A DNA stretch of 64,000 nt. Source: Phoronis australis. Its lineage: Eukaryota; Animalia; Phoronida. Made by a program: the position numbers and the translations under genes. Positions 25,701 to 38,800 of the stretch are shown here, in pieces. The stretch spans positions 1,645,755-1,709,754 of the forward strand of contig NMRA01000001.1 in the NCBI GenBank assembly GCA_002633005.1, written 5' to 3'. The notes beneath the pieces were generated by a model, which saw nothing but the letters and a program-made list of their open reading frames with translations, was not told where the DNA came from and made no database searches. Each line of letters opens with the position of its first letter. Position 1 is the stretch's first letter.

Positions 25701-28700
25701 GTATTTTGAACCTTTGTAGTTTTGGCTTTCCAAGGATGTAACATTACCCTCATATAATAGTTAAATCATGTTCTTTAGTCCACTGTTCTTCATCATAAGT
25801 AAATAGACATACAAACAAGACTCTTCGCGAGATTTCTTTTGCTCAGAGAACTTCTATGTACAAGACACAAGTAATCAGAAAAATACCATTTCCCCGTCAT
25901 GATGGCTAATTCTGTTAACAGTAAAAATGACTGTTAGCGTGGCAAAATTCCAATCACAAAATGGCTTAGCAACCTTACTAACTTTTCTGTTAATTTACCT
26001 TCAATGTCGGTCATGAGGGAAGACTACTGTGATGATCTTCGTCCCAGCTGTCATGATGGAGAATTCTGGGTCATTTTGTCTGAATATTTTTGACTTGCAC
26101 TTTGCAACACCTTGGGTCTTTCGTAAACAAATTTTGATGATTTATGCACTCGCTAAGTTATTGCCACATTGTTACTTTGAGTTGGTATGGGTATCAATGG
26201 TTATACAATGTTTATTTGTTGTTTCTTCCTCAAGATCCTGGTACATACCAGGATTTTCCATAGTTAAGCCCACCCGATGAAACACCCATGGGTATTTATT
26301 CGGAAATTTATGCTGAATGAACGGCCATGGGCGTTTATTTGGTGTCACAACTTCTGGTGTCGTGTGTCCAGATAGTGAGGGGTTTATTCAGAAATTTTCC
26401 TCTTACAAGCCCACTCAGCGTCAACTTTTTGTCACAAATTCAGTTTTGTGAAGCACTTTAAACATAAAATTTAAAAGCACAGTTTTGAATAAAAATGTCA
26501 AAGTCAGCAAAACTATGACTACCTTTTCCGAATAAACGCCCGGGCATTTATTTGGCGTTACTAAAATGCCTGAAATTTTTCATTTTCCGAATACATGCCC
26601 ATGTATTGTTGCTCTAAGTTGAGACTGGTTTCTATGATAACACAATTTATTTCTCGTTTCTTCCTCAAGCTCCTGGTACATATTGTCGCCTGGCTATTCC
26701 CAGACTTCAAGTTCATGTGGCTGGCCGAAGAAACACGCAAGAATCTGCCTCTAGAGCTTGATTTTTGTCACGAAGGAAAAAACTGTGAACAAGTGCAGAA
26801 ACTGTTCAAACATTTCTCTTTCCTAAAGGTAAGCTCAAACATACGTTTTGTTGATTCTTCTCATTGTAAGTCAGTGCATTTCTTTGTGAAATTTTTGCTT
26901 TTAACTTTCAACCTTACGTGTTAAGCTGTGCTGGATAACATATTTATGACCTGTATTGTTTTTTACAAATAACGAAACTTTATAAAACTACTTTGTGACT
27001 AAGCAGCAATATCTATATACACATATGATTACTGAGTGTTTGTGATTTAAAGCTCTAAATATAATAGTAAACTTGAAACCTTTGACTATTGTCCTCTGCA
27101 GAGGCATTCTGATCTGTAGCCATAGACTTATTGGTGCATTTAACTACAGTCAAGCATTTTTGACCAGGTACCAGATATTTACTGGGAGTTGACAACCCCA
27201 CGTGTGTTAACAATGGAGTACTGTGAGGGTGGACAGGTTAACGACACAGACTACATGAAGAAGCACAACATACCTGTGTATGAGGTAAAGAGCACAATGT
27301 GTGGTCTTAGGAACGATGTGTGTTGGGCCGACATCTTTAACTCTGTAGTTTTTCCAAAAGGACTGGCAAAACCATACATGGTGTTTGATTAAATAACTAT
27401 TTAAAATTGTTTTTAATGATGCCTTGCTGATGCTACAGAGCTTATCAAAGTAGGTAAAAACAAGCTATTCTAATAAGAGACGGACAAAATCAGAGGAAAC
27501 AAGCATCAGTGGTGATGCAATAAAACAAAATTAGGTCATTCTATGGGGCGTATCAGACTGTATGAGCAATTTTGCTCACACTCAGTCCGTATGACATATC
27601 ACTCCCAGTACCACTCTGTATATGTATAATATTGCACGCTTATCCAATTTCCAGAGCGAGATAACTGTATTTTAAACAGGTAGAGTCAGAATCCAACTAA
27701 AGCACTGCAACATGTATCAGCAATATATTATTGTATATTTGAATGAGATCCATTGCCCTCTAGTTACAATTCAGAATACTCTTCTTCTAATCAGTGTACA
27801 GTTGTCGCTTGAAGCATTGGGGTGTACTTGTTTAGACATACCTAAGGCAGATGACAGTTGGTATTCATTCTAATTGTGCAAGGTTGCCCTTGTTGAAAGT
27901 TAATACAACAGTGTTATGTAACACAAGTAGTGACTGAAAACTCAAGCTGGTATAGTTTCATTTCCCAGGTAGCTCAAAAGCTTGGCAAGCTTTACAGTGA
28001 AATGATATTTGTTCAAGGCTACATACACTGTGATCCCCACCCCGGGAATATTCTGGTGAACAAACACAAGGGCCATGTAGAGGTAGTCTTGCTGGATCAT
28101 GGACTGTACGCAGTGAGTATTTGTTTTTTGCTTTCAAAGAGAATATGCTTGTTAAGACTCTTCTGTTTAGTGGTGTATCATAACAGGGCAAACCTTTCTT
28201 CGCTATGAAGATGATATGGCTATCCACCGAGACACAGTCTTAATTTTTAGACAACAGTCCATAAATCCTTATTCTTGCAATAATGTTAATTTCGGAAGAT
28301 ATCCAACTGCATCTTAATTCAGGGTTTTAATACTTGCATGATGGAAGGCAGAGCTTTGTCGCAGGCCTTGACGTCATACTCGAGTATGTGACACGGAGCA
28401 ACTAACGTGGAACAGGTGTTCGGGTGCAAGTGTGTGTGTAAACGCGACTGAAACGGAGCAAATTGACTCCACCGTGGCCATTTCTGTCACCAGTTTGAGA
28501 GTTACAGCAAGTTGCCCTTGATCAATTGCTCTGGTGTAAACTGCACATCTAAGCACAAACTGGGTCAAGGCAGAAGGGATCGTCTTTTATTGCCCTTGCA
28601 TAATAACGTACATGCATTGTTTTGGATGTTCGCCATTGTTAACTCATTCGACCCTGAGCACCATATGGAATAAATTGCTTAGTGGCCTGGCTGAGCTGTG

Positions 28701-31700
28701 GAATGTCTACCCCCTTGAAGTCGGAGGGTATTTCACTCAGAACTAGGTCACAAGCACTGCACATAATTAAAACCTCATCACTCAGTCATTAGTAAACATA
28801 TACTTACCAAATTTTCAGCAATACATCTTGAGTAAATGAGCTTCATGTTGATATAAAATTTATCCAAGCTCAATATCGATAAAGGGATGAACAAGTAGTT
28901 TTACTTTTTGTTTTCCAGAAACAAAGACGTTTGTTTACAAATAATCCATTTAAATTTCCAGAAAACATGTCAAGAAAGTTTTCTGTGTAGTATATCCTCA
29001 TCATAAACTAGATCACTGATATCTGTATCTAAATCTGACCACTCAGTGCCATCAGTATCCACACTATCATATCCATAATCACTGAAGTCTATATCTAAAT
29101 GTGACCAGTGCCATCAGTATCCACACTATCATATCCATAATCACTGAAGTCTATATCTAAATGTGACCAGTGTCATCAGTATCCACACTATCCTCCTTAA
29201 TAAAAACTTCAAGAACTGTGAGAGAGCAGCATAGATGATGTCCGTATAATATCAAGACAGCAATTTCAAGTGAGTGTGTGCACAATGCTAGTCACAGAGT
29301 AGAATGTTCCTAGTAATTGAACATTTTGTTATTGTTTCTGGTCAGTTCAAATAAAATAAACAGGAGCACCCTAGCAGATGATTAAGTGGTGACAGCAGTG
29401 TTATGTAACACCAATTAGGCTACAATTCTAGTCTTCAAATCAAACAAACATACTATGTTTCAGGGAGGAAAATCTTTATAACCTTTCAAAAGTTACCACA
29501 ACAACCACTACAAAGTTAACACGCTTCCTGGTTTTTCCTTGAATTGATAATTTGCTTGTGAAGAAATGGTTCTAAATTCCAGAAATAACAGCCAATAGGT
29601 ATTAACTTCACAAACAAGAAGTTAACACAGAGTATGGTGTCTCAATCCTCATTGGATAGAAAACTGGGAATACCCTAGATATATTTAAACTTAAACCAAT
29701 AAATTGCTGCCTTCTATCCCTCCTGAAGGCGTGATCCGCCTGTGAGATACATTCTTAGATAACGCCTCCAGACGGCATCAGGCCCTGAGTGAAAATAAAC
29801 AGTCACGCCATAAGGCGGGATCAGGGAGGAATGAGTTAATCCAAATATGCGCTGGCTGTCTTCGTGCAATCCTCTTCTGTGTTGGTCTAGTTTGCGATAA
29901 TTTCCTGTAAATGCGACTGAAGTGGACTAACTCTCAGTGTGGTATATGTTTCTCGTGTAAAAATAGCTCTATGAATTCGAAATTGTTAAATTTTATGTAA
30001 ATATGTAAATTTTTCACGGAAAACGTTATTTCATCTAAAAGGTCATGTTTGAACTTAACATCGTTTGGTTTCATTACTTCATCAGTACTTTCACTGTATG
30101 GTGTTCATCATTGATGTCATGGCTGATTGACAATACACAAGAAAACTATCCTTGTATTAAAAAATGGGTTGCCTCATTCGAATATTAGTCCATGACCCTG
30201 TATTTGGGAACGTGCATTTTAAAAGTTCTCCGGAAGCTAAATGCATTATTTTGTATCAAGGGATGCGGGATTCTTAGGTATTTGTCAAAAAGTAGGACAT
30301 TGATGCTATAATTTTTGCACGTGGTACTTCATGGTACTTGTCATAAAACGGCATGGGTCATGTGCAAATATTACCAAGCACAACCATCCTTATTAAATAA
30401 GTTACTTTCCTTTAGAGTCTGTGTATTAAATTTGTTTTGCAAGAAGATAGACATTTACTTTAAAGAACTCAAGAAGAAAGTTGTGGTCCTTCAGAATAAT
30501 CACGTCACATGCTATGTATTTAAACGTACATTCTTATGGTTGGGTCAACTGGTTATCCATTAGATCACTGAACATCCTGAAATGTATATGGTATTACATG
30601 CATACATCCTGTTGAAACTTCTTTACGTTTTGCAGACTCTCACTGATCACTTTCGGCTGAATTACTGCCATCTGTGGTTGTCGATCATAAACGCAAACCT
30701 CAAGGGCATCGAGTACTACTCCAAACAGATGAACTGTGGTGACCTCTATCCATTGTTTGCTTGTGTTATCACAGCGCGTTCATGGGACTCTGTCACACAG
30801 GGTGTCGGAAACAAGGAATTTTCAGCCAATGAGGTAAGATTTTTTGTTAAGCTTTTATCTAAGGGGATGGTTTTATTCTGTCTAAATGTTATGGTTGATG
30901 AACGGAGAAGTAAATCTTTCACAAGGAAATGTACCGGGTTTACCCCGATTTGCAAAACTCATGATTGCTAACAATTCATTGTTATTGCTATTTCTGCTGT
31001 GCTTTAGAATTATCGTTAACCATGATTGACAGATTCATTTGCAAGAAATTTGTGTTCAAATAGTATAATATCATAGTGTACTGTTATTCCACTCTATCTA
31101 AGTTTGTCAAAGTTGGTCAATGTTGTAACAGTGGTTGTTTTATGCAAACATTTTTAATGAACTAGACTTTGAATCACAATGGTGTCTTCTAACATTGGTT
31201 TTTAAGTAATAAAACCAAATTAATTTTATGTCACGAGATGAAGCAAAGGCTGTACGTCTGTAAAGCTCTATTTCCCTGCGATAAAAAGACGAGTTCTGAT
31301 GACGAAAATGTCATTTATTGTGACGCAACAGTGCAACTACTACACAAAATGCAGTTTATGGAAAGAAGGACATTAAAAACACCACAAGGTGTCAAAAGTA
31401 TTGAACAGTTTGATCTCATTGAGACCTCCATTTCAGGACGATGAAATCAAAGACAACGCAGCCCAGTACCTGCCCCAGATCTCAGACATTCTCAATAGAG
31501 TTCCGAGAGAGATGCTGCTTATTCTGAAGGCCAATGACCTTCTCAGGGGTCTAGAGACTAACTGGAACATGAGGTCAAATGCCACTTCATTTCTAACCAT
31601 GTCCAAATGTTGTCTGACAGCCTTGGCCAATCACGATCGAGCTCATTGTCGTCGATGGGTTGACAGAGTTCGGATAACATTGTCAGAGAGAGTTGCTCAT

Positions 31701-31781
31701 TGCATGATTGATGCTTACGAGATTTATATGTGGTTTACATCACTTTGTGCCAATTTATATTATAGATTAATGTTGAGTTGA
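22758..31781 (+). CDS. ADCK1: AarF domain-containing kinase 1 (ABC1/UbiB family), 518 aa, 9 coding exons
   Basis: Exons 22758-22901, 23688-23771, 24797-25000, 25339-25500, 26670-26828, 27168-27284, 27969-28112, 30636-30833 and 31437-31781 are all phase 0 and GT-AG, totalling 1557 nt. Motifs: NGGCYIKVGQ (KxGQ), LGAASLAQVHKA, VAVKVQ, ELDF, HCDPHPGN, LLDHGLY. AATAAA at ~32671 and ~32766. Confidence 0.97.
25051..25220 (+). repeat. Two degenerate intronic copies of the 3' end of ADCK1 coding exon 3
   Basis: 25051-25120 (TEDFYRVIKEDFLKP|GTAGGT) and 25161-25220 (PIEGLYRTKEGSLRK) resemble 24950-25025 (PIEDLYRVMEDDLGKP|GTACGT). Confidence 0.75.
28643..29835. mobile_element. piggyBac-like non-autonomous DNA transposon in ADCK1 intron
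   Basis: TTAA|CTCATTCGACCCTGA ... TCAGGGAGGAATGAG|TTAA, i.e. imperfect TIRs with TTAA TSD at 28639-42 and 29836-39. An internal ~62-bp tandem repeat reads as Asp/Ser-rich degenerate coding on the minus strand. Confidence 0.8.
29015..29192. repeat. ~62-bp tandem repeat, ~2.7 copies, inside the piggyBac-like element
   Basis: CAGTGCCATCAGTATCCACACTATCATATCCATAATCACTGAAGTCTATATCTAAATGTGAC repeated. Confidence 0.9.
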
Positions 31782-32959
31782 TAAAGGGTGTTATTTTAAA
31801 ATGATACAAAACCCCGTTTTGGCTTCTTAACGACTTTCCCATCCATATCTCTGAAGCAAACAAAATTATGCTCTGTAATCCTTGGAGAAAAATTTGAAAA
31901 CTCCTTTCAAAGTCTGCTCAGTGGGCAAGTGTGACCTACGCATTTAGCAAATTACACGGGAACTGTGGGGAAAAGACCACCCACCAAGGACCGTAAAATA
32001 TATTGTGAGATAGGGACTGAGTTTTTAGTTGATTTCAGCCTTTACCCTTCCAGATTGTCGCCAATGATGCATTAGCAGGTGACAGAACAAGGGTTGGTTG
32101 AAATCATGAAAACAGGGTTTAGTATCCTTTTAATGAGTTTCTGTTAAAATGTGATTTTAAATTATTTATTTGTAATTAGATAGCAACTGTTTTTAAACTA
32201 TTTATTCATATTTTCACAAAAACCCACAAAAGTCATACTTAAGATCACATAATTGAATGCACTTAACACCTGAACCACTTGCATGGCTCATTAAATACAA
32301 GAACTTGACAAATGTCACTGAATAATACAGAATGTGGTCTAGAAAATGACTGAAATGTCTAGATCCACATTGCCAGTAATTTACTTAGGTTTCTGAAGTT
32401 TCAGTGATACTGAGAAGAAACTGTCAGAGGTTTGGGTTTTCTGGATGTGAGACAATTTCTGCCCCTCCAGCTTTTCTGGACCAGACTTGTCTTCAATCTG
32501 TGACCTTTGCTTGTACCTCTCTTCCCATATCCAACCATCTGTAAACTATCCTTGAATGCTCCTTCCCACTACAGTCTACTTGACTGCAGTTAATACGTGG
32601 TACCGGTGAAGTATATTCTTTAGACGAGGTGATGAACCAAATGTTCTTTTATACTTAAGCAATTCTTGAAAATAAAGCTTGTTATGAGTTTTAATATTGT
32701 GTATTTTTAGAATTTAACTATTCCTGTATTCACCCAGAGTGTAACTATTGCCACATGCTGTTTGAAATAAAATGCATTTCGTGTATTTTTTAAAATCATT
32801 CAGGGTGCGCCTATAACCGGATCACTGCCTGCACCTAACTGCGGAACTTAGGTGCATGTGAAACATTTGAGTAAAAACATCTTGCATAAAAACATCTTGC
32901 GAAAAATGGAGTGATCTGCGTGTAGGCGCATGCGCCTAATTGCGGGATTATGCGGTAAA

Positions 32960-33272
32960 CACATACCTGAACACTTTGATTTCATTAGAATTCTGTTCTT
33001 GAAAGGGCAATTGTCTCTTGAATGTTTCTCAATATTAATCAAGCACAGATCTGAACATATTGATATCATTAGAATTCTGTTCTTGAAAGGACGATTGCCT
33101 CTTGACTGGCACATATCCGAACACTTATTGATTTCTTTAGAATTATGTTCTTGAAAGGGTGACTAGCTCTTGAATGCATTTAGTATTTTTGTCAATATTT
33201 ATTGAGCACACAACAGCAATTATTGATTTCATTAAATTGCTGTTCTTGAAAGGGTGATTGTGTTTTGACTGG
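32960..33272. repeat. Degenerate tandem repeat, 4 units of ~68-94 bp
   Basis: TTGATTTCATTAGAATTCTGTTCTTGAAAGGG core at ~32976, 33060, 33128 and 33222. Confidence 0.8.
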
Positions 33273-33994
33273 GACCGTGACATCAGATCATGATAGAAAT
33301 CCAACGCAGAATATATGCTATGCGTATTTCATGTATTGGTAAGGCCAGATAAGGTTGTCATGAATTCAATCATCTTTGTTGGAATTCTTTTGCACTACAA
33401 ATATTTTGTAAAAGGGTGACTCTGCTCACTGCATGGTTCCCGCAAACTTGCCATTTAGTAATGAGTAAATTTTCTTTAACCCTTTTTGTTTATTGGAAAC
33501 TACATACTTTTTAAGCCCAACACTTGATCGACGTACATGTTAATGTTTAAGGGCCGACTTCATTTTTTCATTATCGTGTTGGTTCATGTTATTTAATCGT
33601 TACAGCCATTCAAATATCTGGGACCCCTAGCTTTCAGTCTGGACTCCTCAGGTTTGAAAGCTATTGGCCAGTTTTAGTTCAGGTATATCCCTGGCAGTGT
33701 CTATGTGTTTGCCAGTAGTATTGCTGAGCAAGTTGACGTATCACCATCAAAAGCCACTTATTTGCGGCATCCAGCACAACCAGAGGTAATGGTGGGTCAG
33801 AGTTGGAACTTCTTCCTGAGAAATATCACAGGATCAACGCGTGATACCATTTATTGGAGACCTTACAAACCACATCAACGTGCAGCTCAGTGAGATACAT
33901 AGAAAACTTTACCCTATGTTGTGCCATATATTGATATCTAGTTTTGTTCATTACAAGCAAAACAGTTAGATATACAAGTCACGCCATAAGTTCA

Positions 33995-35240
33995 TTTTTT
34001 CCATACTAAAATTTTATTTATAAAGACACAAAAATATAATCACATATGTGCAAATGAAACACATGCACACACACACACACGCACGCACGTAGCTAAATAA
34101 TAGAACTTCACGGTTGGTCTAATCTAAATAAGTTTCCCAAAAGGCAATTTTGCGGGGTTGTATACTCCTTACTTTACAATAATTATACAAGAAACATTGA
34201 AATTGTGAACATCTAGGAATCATCTGGTCTCTAGAACATTTATGGATGAAATACTTGCAAATAAGTTAATATGGTATTGACATCTTCAAAACTACATCCA
34301 AAATATGTTGTCAAAATAACATTTTTATCTAAGATTAAATCGCGTTGTGCAGTTACGTAAATTAAAAGTTTCTGAATTTCACACCAAAAAGTTTTCACAG
34401 AACCACATTCCACAAACATATGGTTAAAAGTCTCAACAGTTCCGCAAGGTGCACACTTGTCATCACTAACTAAGTTCATCTTTTTGTGAAGACTTCTATG
34501 AATATAGAAATATTTAAAGGTTTCAACATAAGGAGGTAACAAGAGTTTGTGTTGAAGAACATAAATTTGCTTAATTTGTTGTCTAGAGTAAATGTCAGAT
34601 AAGCTGTACTCTATATCAGGAGGCGAAAAAAAATATTTTGGAAAGCAAAATATTCCTAGAAAACACATAATTTGGCTTGACTGGGGGTGTATACACATGA
34701 AATTGAAGGATCAACTTTCAACTTAATCGCATGTCTCAAATCAGCATAATGAATCCAATTTGAAAGCTTATATCTATTTTTCAAAGCCTCCCATGTCAGA
34801 AATTTATTTTCAAAATTCAAAAGATCCTTCACAAAAATAATACCAGCCTCATTAAGAAACTATTAAAGAATACAGTCATATTAATCAATATGTTTTTGTT
34901 ATTCCACATTACTTGGTTTACAATTGTTATGTCCTTATGTAAATGAGCACTAATTTCTTCCCAAGCAATCAAGATGTCAAGATAGAAGGTATCAATATTT
35001 GCAAGAGACAGCAAATTACAATCATAATTTGATTTAAAGATCAAAATACCTCCATATGTTTTGAAAACATACCCTGGAAACATTTTGAAAACTTCATTGT
35101 TTCCATCTAAGCAACGCATAACCCACTTAACTAGTAATGACTTGTACATAATATTTATATCAGGAAGTGACAAACCACCATTTTCATGGGTATTTACAGC
35201 CACAATTTTTCTAATTCTAGGTGGTTTATTTTGCCAAACA
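33995..35240 (-). mobile_element. 5'-truncated, frameshifted Tx1/L1-clade LINE (post-RT region and C-terminal zinc-binding motif)
   Basis: VWQNKPPRI...GGLSLPDI...LLVKWVMR, VMWNNKNI, and C..C...ETFNHMFVEC....FW (ORFs 34829..35203 and 34240..34698); AATAAA at 34013-18 and a short A-run at ~33995-34000 on the minus strand. Confidence 0.85.
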
Positions 35241-35867
35241 TCATAAGTTCATAAAATGCGATTCAAGTGAGTGAGTAGCAATTTTTGACAAGACATTTCA
35301 TGGAAAAAAGTCACTATTTAGCAGTTTGAGTATCTTACTTAGTATTTTACTAGAAGCTGGGCGGGAAATGATTGGTCATGGGATGGATAGTGAGACAGTG
35401 AAGTCCGATAAATGATTTGGTACTGTTACTCATCGTGTACTATTGTTAGTGTCTGCGCCAGACGTGGGACATTAGGGAACTAAGAAAATAGTTTTGGATC
35501 ATAAAAAATAGCTTTAAGCACACAAAGTTTAACATCTTCAAATAATAAAATTCTCAGCTTATAACACGTGGGCTTAGTGTGTACGCTGAATTTACGGAGA
35601 CTGATGTGCTGTAAGGCACACTTGGATTGTCTTGACTGCATCAATTATGGAATCCCATGACACTACACTGCATAAAAGATGTGGTAACATGAGTGAATTA
35701 AAGATGGTTTGGAGTTTAGCTAACACTCAAACTAGAGCAATGTCAAGATAACCTGAAGATTATGGAGCGAACACAGGAAAATAACAAAAAAAATGTCTTG
35801 TGTCAGTGTCACTACTTGCTTCCAATATTCCGAGGCACCGCAGTATAAACTAGCATCTCACGAAGAC

Positions 35868-38800
35868 CTATTGCTGAAATAGAATGGAAGATAATATGAA
35901 GTTCAATTTTTTCTAAAATTTAATTTTGCTTCCTTCACATATATAATCAAGTCAGTGCTCAAACACTTAATAGAAAAAATGTTTTGTTGACAACATTTAT
36001 TACACTATTGCTTCTTTGTTTACGTTCCAGAAATACAACTTACCTTTTTGTCGTGAACAGAGAGCTCCTTGATCTTAATGCCACCTGCTATTGTCAAAGT
36101 CTTGACATCAGAGCACGGCAGACGGTGACTGAAGTCAACAAACTTCTTGTCATTTACATTAACCTAGCCAAACAAAATCCATACAAAGTTAACTGGCAAA
36201 AAAAGCATATCTGTAGTCTGCACCCACATTTCTGAACCTGTGCATCACTACTTAAAAGCACACACTGAATCAATACATTCTGTTAATCGTCAACTGACCA
36301 TGAATCAGTGGCACACCGTTTTCTTGTAATGATGAGCAAAGAAAATGCGGCTCTCTCCACTGGTCAATTCCATAATGTTCTGCCACCGCCACCACTGAAT
36401 TGAAGCTAGTTACATTAAAAGGTTCCTGAAGTATAATAACATGCATTTTTAATGTAATTTAATTGACGAATAAAGCCTATATCAGAAATCACATCTTTGT
36501 TACTCTTTCACATTTTTGCAAAAAAGCGTTTTTCCAATGTTGATTCCTTTTGGCTAACGTGCATCTGACGTCACTGAGGCTGTACCGTGGGTGAAGGCAA
36601 AGACAAATCAAGTTTATTATGTATATACCTCATTGGGTGAATGCCTCTCGGTTACAGAACTGACAGTGCTTAATGTGTATACTTCGTGTGCGATCTCGGC
36701 TCTCAAAACTTTATAATACAAGTTTACTGCCGTGTGGTGTTGACTAATAGTGGAACGATGCTGTTCTCGGGACGGGCCAGGAAAGGGCCCCGACTGCGTA
36801 GCCTTGCCTTGGTACAAGCTGTATAGTAAATATACAGCAGCCGTTGCACCGACGTGGGTAAAAATTAATCAAATAAAATCTGACACAAAATTAGTGTCAT
36901 TAAAAATTACACTCTTCCTTGAGTAAACTAAATTATTGAATGGTGTTGAAAAAATTGGCGTTCTGCCATTCACTCTGCTGCTAATAATTGGGTGTGCTCT
37001 TTAAGGTCGGCTTTCGGCGCCGTCACCTGTTGCCTTATTGGCCAGTTTCGTTCCCGAAGTTGTTCTTCCAAGCGATCGAACTGTTCTTCGAAGTTGTGTA
37101 CATGTCACAACAAATTACTAGAGCTGATTTCATTTCCTTACAAGTTTTTAGTATTTTAATACCAGGAAACCGAATTTCATAAAAAATTTTGCTCCTGCGA
37201 AGCTGTCATCATTTCCCGACAGATGTCGCAAAATTTTAGGAAATAGCGCGTGTAGTGAGCGTACTGTTTTCTTTGTTACAAAAGGCTGAGAATTATGAAA
37301 TAAAATAACGTTTACAAGATTGTTTTTAACTTAAATGGCTCCAGTGGGCAAGGCAAGCGTCGGTCGACACCCAGTTCCCTGCTGCTTTGGAGCTCTACAT
37401 GGTGATATAAGTTTCGTGACGAGATGACGAGCAGAACTACTCAGGCTGTGTGAAATTTCGGAGTCTAACGGTGCTCAACACACAGTGCTAATGGTACCTA
37501 GTTGTATTTTGAAGAGAGCCTTCATTATACAGCTAGGGGCTGGCTAGGCCCTCGAATGAATCAAAGTCACCGGAAAGAAAACCAAAAAAGGTTGTGTGAG
37601 TATGCACATGTTGATCTGTCGACTGGACTACGTACTCGCACGACAAATGACCTACTATATTTCTTTGTGCTGTGAGCCTCAGTGACGTCACGAAATACAG
37701 CGCTTGCAGTGGGGCTTTACGGAACAGATAAATTTTTACTTTTCAAAGTAAAAAGAAAAGTACTGTACACTATTTAGGAATATGTGGATGCCATTAACCA
37801 ACCTTTATACTTTCAAAATTCATATTAAAATGCTGAAAAATGTAGTTCAGGCCTCTCTTAATCTTTGGAATTCCCCTCCTTGAAAAATGAAACCAGTAAC
37901 TGACACAACAAAAGATTTAATGGCCCTGGTCTGTGACGCAATGACGGGATGTTAGTTGTTCTCAAACCTGCCTGAATTAGGGAGAGGGTGACAAAGGTTT
38001 TATAAGAGTAAGTGGCCTAAATAAAAAATTCATCCTAGACAGAAGGTGCAGGTATATTGCCTCTCTAAGACACCTCAGTTTGTTTAATTTTGCAACTATG
38101 TGCCGTCTCACTCTCATTTGACTATCAATGTCTCACCCTATAGCAGTCCTCCAGCACCTCTATCTCAATTTCGAACTTATCCTTGGGCTTGAATGGGAAG
38201 TTGGGTTGTTCCCGCTCTCCACGGCCCCACTTTCCATCACGTTTGGAGTTACGAACCACCTTGTTCTCCGACTGACGAGGGTTAAAGTGGAATGCGATGT
38301 TACCACCAGGTTTGCTGTCACACTCCAAGTTGATGTGGAACCTGCAGTAGGCAAGGAAATGTTCTGTCAAGTTGGTGCTGAGCTATTTGCTCAAGAAAAG
38401 AACAATTAACTATTTTGTGTTTTTCACACAAAAAATTGTGTCATTAAGACACTTCTGTATGGTAAAATATTGCCAATTTGGGATATAGTATGACTGACAG
38501 GGGCAATTTTGTTTCTATTTTTTAATATAAGAAGATGCAGGCACCAAGGTCTAGGCCATATCTGCCTTAAAAAATGTGGACATTCAAAATAATGATCGAA
38601 GCATTTAAAAATGAAAAAGGCAAATATTGGCAATAAATTGGTCCAAAATTGGTGTGATTTTACGATGCTCAATTTTCTCAAAATTTATTTGTACACCTGA
38701 CCTTTCACAGCTGCCTTTGACTTTGCCTTTGAGTGCTATGGTTGAGCCAGTCGCCAGACTCAACTCCTGTCGAACGGGCATTGACTGAAACAGAACGTCA

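Noticed and set aside
32960-33272. CRISPR-like repeat-spacer appearance
   Set aside because: The context is eukaryotic, repeats are degenerate, spacers resemble each other and there are no cas genes.
33660-33893. Possible exon or lectin-like fragment (AFDGDTSTCS on the minus strand; ORF 33705..33893 on the plus strand)
   Set aside because: There are in-frame stops around the motif, no partner exons and no recognisable family.
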